DNA from: an uncultured Chloroflexia bacterium
GTDB taxonomy: Bacteria > Chloroflexota > Limnocylindria > Limnocylindrales > CSP1-4
DNA length: 64,000 nt
Direction: 5' to 3'
Assembly (NCBI GenBank): GCA_963749705.1
Contig: CAVVNQ010000010.1
Span: 1-64,000, forward strand
The translations under genes and the position numbers were made by a program. Every line of letters begins with the position of its first letter. Positions within the stretch are counted from its first letter, which is position 1. Shown piece after piece: positions 49,316 through 59,338 of this stretch. Under the pieces are notes generated by a model. The model was not told the DNA's origin. It searched no databases and was given only the letters and a program-made list of their open reading frames with translations.

Positions 49316-51088
49316 ATGAAGACGCCCGTCGACGCCGCATCCGCGGACCTCACCCGGCCGGGACCGGCCGAGGCGCGCCCCAACCCGCTGATCGACCTGG
49401 TCCGGGCGTCGATGATCGGCGACGACGAGGCTGTCGCCGGGCCCTACGGGGTCCGCCGGGTCACGTATGCGGACTACACCGCCTCCGGGCGGAGCCTGTC
49501 GTTCATCGAGGACTACATCCGCGACGCGGTCCTGCCCCTGTACGCGAACACCCACACCGAGTCGTCCGGCACGGGCCTCCAGACCACGCGCTTCCGCGAG
49601 GAGGCGCGCCGGCTCGTGCTCGACGGGGTCGGCGGTGACCCCGCACGGCACGCCGTGATCTTCTGCGGATCGGGTTCGACCGGTGCGATCAACCGGCTGG
49701 TCGACGTGCTCCAGCTGCGCATCCCGGCAGACCTCGACGACCGCTGGGACCTCCGGTCGCGCATCCCCGCCGAGCAGCGACCGGTCGTGTTCATCGGGCC
49801 ATTCGAGCACCACAGCAACGAGCTGCCATGGCGCGAGTCGATCGCGGACGTGGTGACGATCCGCGAGGATCGCGACGGCCTGGTGGACCTGGGACAGCTG
49901 GCCGACGAGCTCGCCCGGTACGCGGACCGGCCGCTCAGGATCGGCAGCTTCTCGGCCGCCTCCAACGTGACCGGGATCGTGTCGGACACGTACGCGATCT
50001 CGCGCCTGCTCCACGAGCACGGAGCGCTGTCGCTGTTCGACTTCGCCGCCGCGGCGCCCTACGTGTCGATCGAGATGGACCCGCCGGACGACCCGCTCGC
50101 GTACAAGGACGCGGTGTTCATCAGCCCCCACAAGTTCATCGGCGGGCCGGGGACCCCGGGCGTCCTCGTCGCGCGCCGCGAGCTGTTCACCAACCGGGTG
50201 CCGAGCGTCCCCGGCGGCGGTACGGTCCAGTACGTCAACCCGACCGAGCACGTGTACCTCGCCGACATCGAGCACCGTGAGGAAGGCGGCACGCCGGCAA
50301 TCGTCGAGTCCATCCGGGCCGGGCTCGTGTTCGGGCTCAAGGCGGCGGTCGGGGTGGATGCGATCCGCGACCGCGAGCACGCGTTCATCCAGCGCGCGAT
50401 GGAACGGTGGGAGGCGAACCCCTCGATCGAGATCCTGGGCAGCCACCAGGCCGAGCGGCTGTCGATCGTGTCGTTCGTCGTCCGCCCCGGGCACCGCCCG
50501 GGGCGCCGCCTCGACGGCCGGTACCTGCACCACAACTTCGTGGTCGCGCTGCTCAACGACCTGTTCGGGATCCAGTCCCGGGGTGGCTGCTCGTGCGCGG
50601 GACCCTACGGCCACCGGCTGCTCGGGATCGATGTCGAGACGTCGCACGAGTTCGAGCGCGAGATCGAGCGCGGCTGCGAGGGCATCAAACCGGGCTGGGT
50701 CCGGGTCAACTTCAACTACTTCATCAGCGACGCGGTGTTCGAGTTCATCCTCGATGCCGTCGACCTCGTTGCCCGGGAGGGCTGGCGGCTGCTGCCCGAG
50801 TACCGGTTCGAGCCATCGACCGGGATGTGGCGGCACCGCTCCGGGCAGCCCGAGCCGCCGCTGAGCCTGCGCGACGTGTCGTACGCGGACGGTCGGATGG
50901 CCTACTCGGCGCATCGCCACCGGGAGCCTGAGGCGCGGCTCGCCGACTATCTCGACCAGGCACGTGCGTTCCTGGCGGAGCCGCCGCGCGCGCTGGTCGA
51001 GCCGTCGATCGTCGAGGGCGATGTCGGCCCTGACTTCGAGGCGCTGCGCTGGTTCCTGCTGCCGGAGGACGTCGCGGCCGATGCCTGA
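49316..51088 (+). CDS. Class V aminotransferase / cysteine desulfurase-like PLP enzyme
   Basis: YADYTASG, EHHSN, SNVTG, SPHKF, GGTP, RGGCSCAGPY. Confidence 0.88.
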   Translation: MKTPVDAASADLTRPGPAEARPNPLIDLVRASMIGDDEAVAGPYGVRRVTYADYTASGRSLSFIEDYIRDAVLPLYANTHTESSGTGLQTTRFREEARRLVLDGVGGDPARHAVIFCGSGSTGAINRLVDVLQLRIPADLDDRWDLRSRIPAEQRPVVFIGPFEHHSNELPWRESIADVVTIREDRDGLVDLGQLADELARYADRPLRIGSFSAASNVTGIVSDTYAISRLLHEHGALSLFDFAAAAPYVSIEMDPPDDPLAYKDAVFISPHKFIGGPGTPGVLVARRELFTNRVPSVPGGGTVQYVNPTEHVYLADIEHREEGGTPAIVESIRAGLVFGLKAAVGVDAIRDREHAFIQRAMERWEANPSIEILGSHQAERLSIVSFVVRPGHRPGRRLDGRYLHHNFVVALLNDLFGIQSRGGCSCAGPYGHRLLGIDVETSHEFEREIERGCEGIKPGWVRVNFNYFISDAVFEFILDAVDLVAREGWRLLPEYRFEPSTGMWRHRSGQPEPPLSLRDVSYADGRMAYSAHRHREPEARLADYLDQARAFLAEPPRALVEPSIVEGDVGPDFEALRWFLLPEDVAADA

Positions 51089-52496
51089 GCGCATCCCCGC
51101 CGTCCTGGGCCTGGACCTCGGGACGACCGAGGCGAAGGCTGCGCTCATCGGGCTCGACGGCCGGCTCATCGGGCTTGGCCGGGCCGCCTGCCGCGTGGAC
51201 GTGGCGCCCGACGGCCGCGCGGAGCAGGATCCGCGCGACTGGTACGCCGCGATCACGGCGGCGGTCCGGGCGATCGACGTGTCGCACGCCGACGTCCTGG
51301 CCGTGTGCGGCGTGGGACAGGGCCCGACGCTCGCCCTCGTCGATGCGGCCGGGGACCCGGTGCGCGCCGCGATCACGTGGCAGGATCGCCGGGTCCGGGG
51401 AACCGGGTTCGGGCTGCTGCCGAAGATCGAATGGGTCGCGCAGCACGATCCGGTTGCCACGGCCCAGACGACCTGGATGCTCACGGCGTGGGACGCACTC
51501 GGCCTGTGGCTGACCGGCGTGGCGGCCACGTCGCTCCAGGCACACGAGGCCGCCATCGCGCCCGGCGACCTGCACACGGCGGGCGTGCGAGCGGACCAGG
51601 TTCCGCCGCCGAGGCCCGTCGGGTCCCTGTTGGGGCACCTCCGACCCGCCGCGGCCTCGGCGCTGGGGCTGGCGGCGGGCATTCCCGTCATCACCGGCGT
51701 GAACGACGGCGCCGCCAGCATGCTGGGCGCCGGGTTGCGCGTTGCGGGCGATGCGGTGGACACGGCCGGGACCTCGGGCGGGATCGGGATCTACGCGGAC
51801 ACGCCCATCGAGCTGCCGGTGGCCGGGCTGTACCGGGCGCCGGCACCGCTGCCCGGTCGCTGGGTCGTGGGCGGGGCGATGGCAGCGCTCGGGGCGTCGG
51901 TGGGCTGGCTCCGGGGTCCGGTCCTGGGTGACCGCAGGTCGGTCGACGAGCTGTTCGCGGAGGCGGCCGCCGTGCCCGCCGGATCGGACGGGCTGGTGTT
52001 CCTGCCGTACCTGGCGGGCGAGCGCGCCCCGATCTTCGACGACAGGGCGCGCGGAGCGTTCGTCGGGCTGACGCTGGCCCACGGCCGTGCGCACCTGTTC
52101 CGCGCGGTGCTCGAGGGGGCGGCGTTCGCGATGCGTCACGTCGCAGCGCCGCTCGCCGCCGCCGGGGCCCCGGCGCGCGAGCTCCGGCTTGCAGGCCGCC
52201 CGAGCCCGGGGGACCTGTGGGCCAGGATCAAGGCGGACGTGCTGGGGGTCCCGGCGATCATCCCGGTCGTCGCCGAGACGGCCGTGCTGGGCGCGGCGAT
52301 CCTGGCGGCAGCGGGCGTGGGCGCGGTCAGCGACCTCGAGGCTGGCGTGATCGCGATGACCGGGGTGGCCCGCAGGATCGAGCCGGATGGTTCGACCCGG
52401 GCCAGGTACGACGACCTGTTCGGGGTGTACCGGGATCTCTACCCGGCGCTCAGGCCGAGCGTGGACGCCCTTGGTCGATCGTCGGCGATCGGGTAG
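51081..52496 (+). CDS. FGGY carbohydrate kinase (xylulokinase-like)
   Basis: GLDLGTT, AITWQD, NDG, GTSG, FLPYLAGERAP, RAVLEG. Confidence 0.9.
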   Translation: MPERIPAVLGLDLGTTEAKAALIGLDGRLIGLGRAACRVDVAPDGRAEQDPRDWYAAITAAVRAIDVSHADVLAVCGVGQGPTLALVDAAGDPVRAAITWQDRRVRGTGFGLLPKIEWVAQHDPVATAQTTWMLTAWDALGLWLTGVAATSLQAHEAAIAPGDLHTAGVRADQVPPPRPVGSLLGHLRPAAASALGLAAGIPVITGVNDGAASMLGAGLRVAGDAVDTAGTSGGIGIYADTPIELPVAGLYRAPAPLPGRWVVGGAMAALGASVGWLRGPVLGDRRSVDELFAEAAAVPAGSDGLVFLPYLAGERAPIFDDRARGAFVGLTLAHGRAHLFRAVLEGAAFAMRHVAAPLAAAGAPARELRLAGRPSPGDLWARIKADVLGVPAIIPVVAETAVLGAAILAAAGVGAVSDLEAGVIAMTGVARRIEPDGSTRARYDDLFGVYRDLYPALRPSVDALGRSSAIG

Positions 52497-52587
52497 CCCG
52501 TCGGGCTCGTGGCCGCGTGGGGGAGCCCGCCGGGCCCAGGACCGCGCGGCGAGCCCGCCGCCGTGCTGGTGGTAGGATCGCGGGCAG

Positions 52588-52750
52588 AGCCTTCGGGGCA
52601 GGGTGCGAATCCCGACCGGTGGTAGGGTCCCGCGACGCGGGACGAGCCCACGAGCGGCTCCACGGGCGCAGGCCCGGGGAGTGCAGCAGATCCGAGGCGA
52701 GGGTCACCTCGCCCGCCGGAGCCGACGGTACAGTCCGGATGAGAGAAGGC
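52588..52750 (+). ncRNA. FMN riboswitch (RFN element)
   Basis: TTCGGGGCAGGGTGCGAATCCCGACCGGTGGTA..AGCCCACGA..GATCCG..CCGGAGCCGACGGTACAGTCCGGATGAGAGAA. Confidence 0.92.
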
Positions 52751-52830
52751 CAGGGCCGGCACGTCCCGCCCGGGATCGTGCTCGAGCGCCTCCTGCCCCG
52801 TTGCGACACGAATCGTGACGGAGGTGGCGA

Positions 52831-53781
52831 ATGGCGACGGCGAAGACGGCGGCCCCGACCGCGTCCCGCGACGCGCACGCCCCGCTCCCCGGTGCCGGCA
52901 TCCGCGTCGACGACGTCTCGCTGACGTTCCACGGCCAACGAACCGTCCACGTCCTGGACCGCGTCAGCCTCGAGGTGCGGCCGCGCGAGGTCATCGCCCT
53001 GATCGGGCCGAATGGCTGCGGCAAGAGCACGCTGCTGCGGGTGCTGGCCGGCCTGATCGCACCGGACGGCGGCCGGGTCACGCTCGATGGCGACCCCGTG
53101 ACCGGCCCGGATCCGCGCGTCGGGCTCGTGTTCCAGGAGCCGCGGCTGCTCGCCTGGCGCACGACCGAAGGCAACGTCCGGTTCCCGATGGACCTCGCGG
53201 GCTGGCCGCGCGACCGGCAGGCAGCCCGCGCGAGCGATCTCCTCGGCCTGGTCGGCCTGCGCGAGTTCGCGACGGCGAGGCCGACGACCCTGTCGGGCGG
53301 GACGCGCCAGCGGGTGGCCATCGCCCGGGCGCTCGCGCTCGAGCCCAGCGTGCTCCTGCTCGACGAGCCGTTCAGCGCGCTCGACGCGCTCACCCGCGAG
53401 CGGTTCAACGCCGAGCTGCTCCGCCTGTGGGAGCGAACCGGGACGACGATCGTGCTGGTCACGCACAGCATCCCCGAGGCCGTGTTCCTCGCCGATCGCG
53501 TGCTCGTGATGTCGCCCCGGCCGGGCCGCGTCGTGGCCGAGATCCCCGTCGACCTGCCGCGTCCGCGGCGCGTCGCGGACCTCAATTCGGCGTTCGTGTC
53601 GTCGGTCGCGGCAGATGTCCGCGCGCACCTGGTCGATACCACCGACGACCGGATCGCGATGGCCGAGCCGCCGGCCATGCCCGCCGGATCCCGACCGGCT
53701 GCCGTGGACCGTCACGCCGATACCGAGCCCGGGACCCCCGCCTGGTTCGATCCGTTCCGCCCAGAGGACGGCGGCCGATGA
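52831..53781 (+). CDS. ABC transporter ATP-binding protein (SsuB/TauB-like), probable riboflavin uptake
   Basis: GPNGCGKST, VFQEPRLL, LSGG, LLDEPFSALD, VTHS; follows the FMN riboswitch. Confidence 0.9.
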   Translation: MATAKTAAPTASRDAHAPLPGAGIRVDDVSLTFHGQRTVHVLDRVSLEVRPREVIALIGPNGCGKSTLLRVLAGLIAPDGGRVTLDGDPVTGPDPRVGLVFQEPRLLAWRTTEGNVRFPMDLAGWPRDRQAARASDLLGLVGLREFATARPTTLSGGTRQRVAIARALALEPSVLLLDEPFSALDALTRERFNAELLRLWERTGTTIVLVTHSIPEAVFLADRVLVMSPRPGRVVAEIPVDLPRPRRVADLNSAFVSSVAADVRAHLVDTTDDRIAMAEPPAMPAGSRPAAVDRHADTEPGTPAWFDPFRPEDGGR

Positions 53782-54653
53782 GCGACGCTCGCCCGGCCGT
53801 GACCGGCGCCGGTGCGCCGACGGTCGAGGCCCCGCCATCGGACGCGGTGACGCGGCCCGAGGCACGCCCGGAGGCACGCCCGGAGGTTCGGCCCGCGGGT
53901 GGCCGCCTCGTGGCCCGCGCGTGGCCGGTGGCCCTGAGCGCGGGCGTGTTCCTCGTCGCGTGGCAGCTCGTGGTCTTCGTGTCGGGCTTCAAGTCGTTCG
54001 TGCTGCCGGGACCGTGGACCGTCGCTGAACGGTTCGTGCGCGCCTGGGCGGAGGGCACGATGCTGCCCCACGTCGAGACGACCCTGGTCGAGATCCTGCT
54101 CGGCTTTGCCATCGGCGCAACCGTCGCCCTCGCCGTGGGCGTGCTGCTGGCTCGCTCCCATCTTGCCGAGCGGCTGCTGAGCCCCTACCTCGTGGCCGCC
54201 CAGGCCACGCCGGTGCTTGCCCTGGCGCCGCTGATCGTCCTGTGGTTCGGCAACGGGCTGATGTCGAAGCTCGTGATCACGACCCTGATCGTGTTCTTCC
54301 CGGTCGCCGTGGCGACCATGGTCGGCATCCGCTCGGTGGATCCGCGGCTGCTCGAGATGGCGCGTGGATTCCGGGCCACCGGCTGGCAGGTCATCGCCCG
54401 GGTCGAGATCCCGGCTGCGCTGCCCGCGATCCTGGGCGGGATGCGGGTCGGCGTGACGCTCGCGGTGATCGGCGCCATCGTGGGCGAGTGGGCGGGCGGT
54501 GAGAAGGGCCTGGGCGTGCTCATCAACATCGCGCGCGGCTCGCTGTTCGACACCCCGTTGATGTTCGCTGCCCTCGCCATGCTCGCGATGATCGGCGTGA
54601 CCCTGTACCTCGTGATGGTGCTCGTCGAGCGACGGCTGGTCGGCGATCGATGA
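53778..54653 (+). CDS. ribX: ABC transporter permease (RibX-like)
   Basis: SsuC-type EAA loop, GAIVGEW; within the FMN-regulated operon. Confidence 0.78.
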   Translation: MSDARPAVTGAGAPTVEAPPSDAVTRPEARPEARPEVRPAGGRLVARAWPVALSAGVFLVAWQLVVFVSGFKSFVLPGPWTVAERFVRAWAEGTMLPHVETTLVEILLGFAIGATVALAVGVLLARSHLAERLLSPYLVAAQATPVLALAPLIVLWFGNGLMSKLVITTLIVFFPVAVATMVGIRSVDPRLLEMARGFRATGWQVIARVEIPAALPAILGGMRVGVTLAVIGAIVGEWAGGEKGLGVLINIARGSLFDTPLMFAALAMLAMIGVTLYLVMVLVERRLVGDR

Positions 54654-54698
54654 GCCTCGACCCAAGCCCAACCGAACTCCCAGGAGGATTGCTCGCCC

Positions 54699-55727
54699 GT
54701 GCTCGCGCTTGATCGCCGCTCCATGCGGCCGTTCGCCGCCCTCGCTGCCCTGGCCATGATCGTCGTCGGCTGCGGCTCGGCGACCCCGACGCCCAGCCCG
54801 GCGACGCCGACCCCAACATCGGCGCCGGTGACCCTGACCGTCGGCCTGGGCTACATCCCGAGCGTCCAGTTCGCCCAGTTCTACCTCGCCGACCAGGCCG
54901 GCTATTACCGTGAGGCCGGCCTCGACGTCACGCTGCAGAACCAGATCGACCCCGACCTGATCACGCTGCTGGGGCAGGGTGCGGTCGACATCGGCAACGG
55001 TGACGGGACGTCCGTCATCCCGGCGGTCAGCCAGGGCATCCCGGTCGTCTACACGTCCACGATCTACGGCCAGTTCCCGTCGATCGTCGTCGCGCGGGCG
55101 GGGTCGGGGATCGCGTCTGCGGCTGACCTGCGCGGGAAGAAGATCGGGATCCCCGGCAAGTACGGTTCCTCGTGGATCATGCTCCAGGCCCTGCTCCAGT
55201 CGGCCGGGATGACACCCGACGACGCGGACATCGTGCTGTACCCGGACTTCGGACAGGCAACCGCGCTCCAGCAGGGCGCCGTCGATGCCGCCACCGGCTT
55301 CGCCAACAACGAGCCCATCCAGCTCAAGCAGGCGGGCATCGACACCGTCGTGCTGACCGTGGACAGCATCGTGCCGCTCCCCGGTCCGGGTCTCGTGACG
55401 GGGACGGCGACGCTGGCCTCGAAGGCGGATGCGCTGCGGGCGTTCACGGCGGCGACGCTGCGGGCGATGGACGAGATCGCCGCGGATCCCCAGAAGGGCC
55501 TCGACGCGACGTTTGCCGTGGTCCCGGACCTCGCGACCGACCCGGCGCTCCAGCGCCAGATCCTGGACGCAACGATCGCGACCTGGAAGAACACCCGGAC
55601 CGGCGCGCCGTACGGTGCCATCGATACGGCGGGCTGGCAGCAGTCGTTGGACTTCATGACGTCGCTGGGCCTGGTGCCCAACCCGGTCACGGTGGATCAG
55701 CTGGTCGACACCTCACTGCTGCCGTAG
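54699..55727 (+). CDS. ribY: NMT1/THI5-like substrate-binding lipoprotein (RibY-like)
   Basis: Lipobox IVVGC; LGYIPSVQFAQFY, IGIPGKYG, GFANNEP. Confidence 0.8.
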   Translation: MLALDRRSMRPFAALAALAMIVVGCGSATPTPSPATPTPTSAPVTLTVGLGYIPSVQFAQFYLADQAGYYREAGLDVTLQNQIDPDLITLLGQGAVDIGNGDGTSVIPAVSQGIPVVYTSTIYGQFPSIVVARAGSGIASAADLRGKKIGIPGKYGSSWIMLQALLQSAGMTPDDADIVLYPDFGQATALQQGAVDAATGFANNEPIQLKQAGIDTVVLTVDSIVPLPGPGLVTGTATLASKADALRAFTAATLRAMDEIAADPQKGLDATFAVVPDLATDPALQRQILDATIATWKNTRTGAPYGAIDTAGWQQSLDFMTSLGLVPNPVTVDQLVDTSLLP

Positions 55728-55899
55728 CGGCTGGCGGCCCGTGCGGGACCGGCGGGTCTGCCGCCCGTGCGAGGGCGCTGCGCGATCGGGCCAGCCCGAT
55801 GTCGCCGCGTTGCTGCGAGGCAACGCAGAACGTGATCTCGGCCGCGGATCGGCCGGCCGCGATTGACAGGCACGCGCGCCTTGCGAGGTATGCTCGGGC

Positions 55900-56883
55900 T
55901 TGGAGGGTTCGCCACTCGTGCCTGCCGAAACCGCCCTGGTCATCATCGTCGCGCTCCTCTGGGGCCCGACCGCGATCTGGCTGATCGTTCGCGCCTCCCG
56001 CGGAAGCGAGCAGCGGTCCTTCGAGGCGGACGATCCCGGGTCTGCGTCGACCTGGCAGTTCGCGCCGGCGGATCGTGGGCCCCTGGTCGTCGACGAGGCG
56101 GCGACCTGGGTCTGTCGCGGTTGCAGATCGCTCAACCGTCGCGACGCCAAGCAGTGCTACAGCTGCCGAGGGCCGAGGGACGAGCTGGAGCTTCCCGTCA
56201 GGATGGCGACGCCGCAGCGGCCGCCGGTCCCGGTGATGGCGCAGGGGGCTGAGGCGCCGTCGGTCACGCCGCCGCCCCAGACCCGCCTTCCACTGCCGCC
56301 TCCCCCGGCCGTGCCCTCGCCGTTGGCCTCGGCAGGGCAGGCAGCGGACCGACCACACCTTGAGCGGGTCGGCGTACCCGTCATGGCCGACGCCGCAGCC
56401 GACCAACCTGCGGCAACGGACGGGCTGACGGTGTGTCCATTCCTGGGGCTACCGCAGGACCCCACGACGTGGTTCGACTTCCCGGCACCGGGCAACGTCT
56501 GCCACGCGTCGTCCAGCCAACAGGCGAGCCTGGTCCGTTCGATCGGGCGGCTCGTGTCCGGCAACCGTCCAAGGCAGTCGATCAGCCTCGCCCACCAGGG
56601 GGCCGCATGCCTCGCCGCCGCCCACGTCGACTGCCCGCGCTACGCGGCCGCCGGGGGTGCCTCGCGGACGGCGATACAGGCCCGCGCGGCCGCGGTCAAG
56701 CCGGTTCTGCCCCTGACTCCGCCTGTCGTGACCCCAGAGATCCACGACGAACGCTCGGTCCCGGCCATGGCGACCGTCGCGACGCGACAGGCGCGACAGG
56801 CGCGACAGGAGACGCCGCCCGCCCCGACGGACGACGCTCGGGCGCCGGCCCCAAAGCCGAGGCGGGCAAAGCGATCGCGCTGA
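55900..56883 (+). CDS. Membrane-anchored protein with RanBP2-type zinc finger and a second Cys/His motif
   Basis: TM; WVCRGCRSLNRRDAKQCYSC; CPFLG..NVCH..HQ..CL..HVDCPRY; start may be GTG 55918. Confidence 0.65.
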   Translation: MEGSPLVPAETALVIIVALLWGPTAIWLIVRASRGSEQRSFEADDPGSASTWQFAPADRGPLVVDEAATWVCRGCRSLNRRDAKQCYSCRGPRDELELPVRMATPQRPPVPVMAQGAEAPSVTPPPQTRLPLPPPPAVPSPLASAGQAADRPHLERVGVPVMADAAADQPAATDGLTVCPFLGLPQDPTTWFDFPAPGNVCHASSSQQASLVRSIGRLVSGNRPRQSISLAHQGAACLAAAHVDCPRYAAAGGASRTAIQARAAAVKPVLPLTPPVVTPEIHDERSVPAMATVATRQARQARQETPPAPTDDARAPAPKPRRAKRSR

Positions 56884-56984
56884 GCCACCCCGGTTCGTGA
56901 TGAGCCTCCGCGCATCACCGCGGGTCGGTGAGCTCGCCACGCGGGTCGGGTATCCGGGACGCGTCCGATGACCTCGGACCTCGA

Positions 56985-57185
56985 TCAGCGACCAAGGGCC
57001 CGACGGAGCCGACCGAGGATCGCGCTGGTCCGCCCGCGCCAGCGGACGCCGCGCCGCTGAGCGTCCTCGGCGTCCTCGGCGGCATGCGGTCGCGCTCTGG
57101 CGGCTCGCTCATTCGCACGTCTGCGCTCTTCTTCGGCCGACCACGCGGCCATTCGGGTCCCGTCGTTCCGACCGTACATCGTCAT
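56985..57185 (-). CDS. Small basic hypothetical protein (66 aa)
   Basis: GGGAGG RBS before ATG; no recognisable motif. Confidence 0.4.
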   Translation of the reverse strand: MTMYGRNDGTRMAAWSAEEERRRANERAARARPHAAEDAEDAQRRGVRWRGRTSAILGRLRRALGR

Positions 57186-57374
57186 CGTCGGCCTCCCGCG
57201 CTCATGGTGGGCGGGGTGGTCCTGCCCGGTCAAGGGTCGATCGTCCGATCTTGACGTCGCGTCCCTCGTCCACTGGCGGAGCGCCGGTGCCGTCCAGGGT
57301 GGGCCGGTGGGAACGTCCACCTGGGACCTCGGAGCGTCGGGAACCGCCGATCCGGACGTGATACGGTCGCGGCC

Positions 57375-57449
57375 GGGCCCGTAGCTCAGTGGCAGAGCAG
57401 GGGACTTTTAATCCTCCGGTCCTGGGTTCGAATCCCAGCGGGCTCACCA
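57375..57449 (+). tRNA. tRNA-Lys (anticodon UUU)
   Basis: GGGCCCG TAGCTCAG..CTTTTAA..GGTTCGAATCC..CGGGCTC ACCA. Confidence 0.95.
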
Positions 57450-57480
57450 GCGCTCGGTGGGTGGGGCGGCACCGGGCGGG

Positions 57481-58005
57481 TCAGCGCGGGAACCAGCCGT
57501 GCGCTGCGCCTCGGGCCGATCTCGCATCGACATGCGGTCGCAGCAGCTCTGCGGCCTGGGCTCGGGCGGCAAGGGCCGCGTCCACCTCGCGCTTGAACGA
57601 GCGGCCGATCGAGGTCCGGGTGAGCCACTCGAGGTAGTCGGGGTCGCTGATCGCAAGGCTCCCGATCGACCAGCCGGCGTAGCGCCCGAAGTCGAGGACG
57701 GTGCCGGTGCCCGGCGGCGGCTGGTGCGCGCCGGTCGGGCGGGCCGGACCCTGATCGGCGGTGGCGGGCCGGTCGTCCTGCCGATGCGCGGCCGCCCGCG
57801 CCCGCGCGCGTTCGAGGTCGTAGGCGTGCCGCAGCTCCGCCTGGCCCAGGATGTGCCAGGCTGCGTTCAGGGAGGCCATGACCCGCCCGTCGCCCCCCGC
57901 ATCTGGATGGTGCTTGCGGGCGAGGGCACGAAAGGCGGCGCGGACCACCTCGGGCTCGGCCGACGGAACCACCTGGAGCACGGCGTAGAGACTGACTCCT
58001 GGCAT
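57481..58005 (-). CDS. DnaJ-domain protein with a C-terminal FGRY/DPDYLEWL domain
   Basis: LYAVLQV..RAAFRALARKHHPD..LNAAW..YD J-domain. Confidence 0.85.
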   Translation of the reverse strand: MPGVSLYAVLQVVPSAEPEVVRAAFRALARKHHPDAGGDGRVMASLNAAWHILGQAELRHAYDLERARARAAAHRQDDRPATADQGPARPTGAHQPPPGTGTVLDFGRYAGWSIGSLAISDPDYLEWLTRTSIGRSFKREVDAALAARAQAAELLRPHVDARSARGAAHGWFPR

Positions 58006-58318
58006 CTGACCGTCCTCAGGACTTGCGATTGGCGATGCGGACGGCCTGGACGTGCCGGGCCGGCTGTGAGCGCTCAGGGCCTCGCGAGCAAACGGGTCGC
58101 GCGCCGCGGCGACGATCACGATCGCACCCCGCGCACGGGACCGCGACCCGTCAAAGGTCCGGCCGCGGTCGGCGAATGCGGGCCGACCCCACACGCTGGG
58201 CGAGCAAATGCCCCTGATCGCTCGGGGGGATGAGCGACCAGGGGCGAGGGCAATGTACACGGTGGACAGGGCCGTGACCAGTCGCGTTCCGGCGGCATGT
58301 CATGCCGACCCGAGCGGA

Positions 58319-59134
58319 TCAGCGCGCCTCGAACGACCGCTTGGAGAGCCCGATGAAGAAGCCGTCGATGGCCGTTCGCGGCGGCGCGTCGGGCGCCGCC
58401 GCCGCGCCCAGCGTCACGAACAGCGGTGCGAAGTGCTCGACGGTGGGATGCGCGAACGGCATCCCGGGTGCCTTCTCGCGGAACGCGAACAGCGTGTCGA
58501 GGTCGCCCCGCTCCAGCGCCTCGGCCGCCCACCGATCGAACTCGACCGACCATTGGGGCGCGCCGGCCTTGCCCGCGAAGTACTCGCCGATGAACGGCAG
58601 GCCATGGGTCATGAACCCGCTGCCGACGATCAGGACACCCTCGTCGCGCAGCGGTGCCAGCCGTCGGCCGACGTCGAACAGGTGGCGCGGGTCCAGGTCG
58701 GGCATCGACATCTGGAGCACCGGGATGTCCGCATCCGGGTACATCGCCATCAGCGGCACCCAGGCGCCGTGGTCGAGGCCGCGGGTCGGGCGATCGAGGA
58801 TCGACTCACCGGCGGGCATCAGCGATCGCACCGACGCCGCCAGCTCCGGGGCGCCGGGCGCCCGGTACTGGAGATCGTAGTAGCGCTGCGGGAAGCCGTA
58901 GAAGTCGTAGACCAGCGGCACGGTGGTCGTCGCGCCGATCGCCATCGGCGCGGTCTGCCAGTGGGCGCTCACGATCAGCACCGACGTCGGCCGCGGCAGA
59001 TCTCTGGCCCAGCCAGCGAGCTGGGCCATCCACAGCGGGTCGTCCAGCAGCGGCGGCGCGCCATGGCCGAGATAGAGGGCGGGCAGCGACGCCGGCGGAG
59101 GGGTGGGGGTGGCAGCGGGACGCGGGTTGGACAT
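58319..59134 (-). CDS. LigB/DODA-type extradiol dioxygenase
   Basis: LYLGHGAP, VSAHW, YDFYGFP, GLDHGAWVP, GSGFMTH, HPTVEHF. Confidence 0.92.
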   Translation of the reverse strand: MSNPRPAATPTPPPASLPALYLGHGAPPLLDDPLWMAQLAGWARDLPRPTSVLIVSAHWQTAPMAIGATTTVPLVYDFYGFPQRYYDLQYRAPGAPELAASVRSLMPAGESILDRPTRGLDHGAWVPLMAMYPDADIPVLQMSMPDLDPRHLFDVGRRLAPLRDEGVLIVGSGFMTHGLPFIGEYFAGKAGAPQWSVEFDRWAAEALERGDLDTLFAFREKAPGMPFAHPTVEHFAPLFVTLGAAAAPDAPPRTAIDGFFIGLSKRSFEAR

Positions 59135-59338
59135 GGGGCGCGGGAGCTCTCCGGTGGTGGGCTTGATGGTCAACGGTAGGGCCGGGGGCCGGAGGACGCA
59201 ACGGCTCGCCCGGTCCCCGGCGCCGGCCTCAGGCGACGGCGGCGGCGGGGGCGCCGACGAGGACGTAGGGCGATTGCCAGTCGCCCGCGCCGCTGGCGAC
59301 GCTCCACGGCCCAGGCACGCTGAGCGTCCGGCCCGCGA

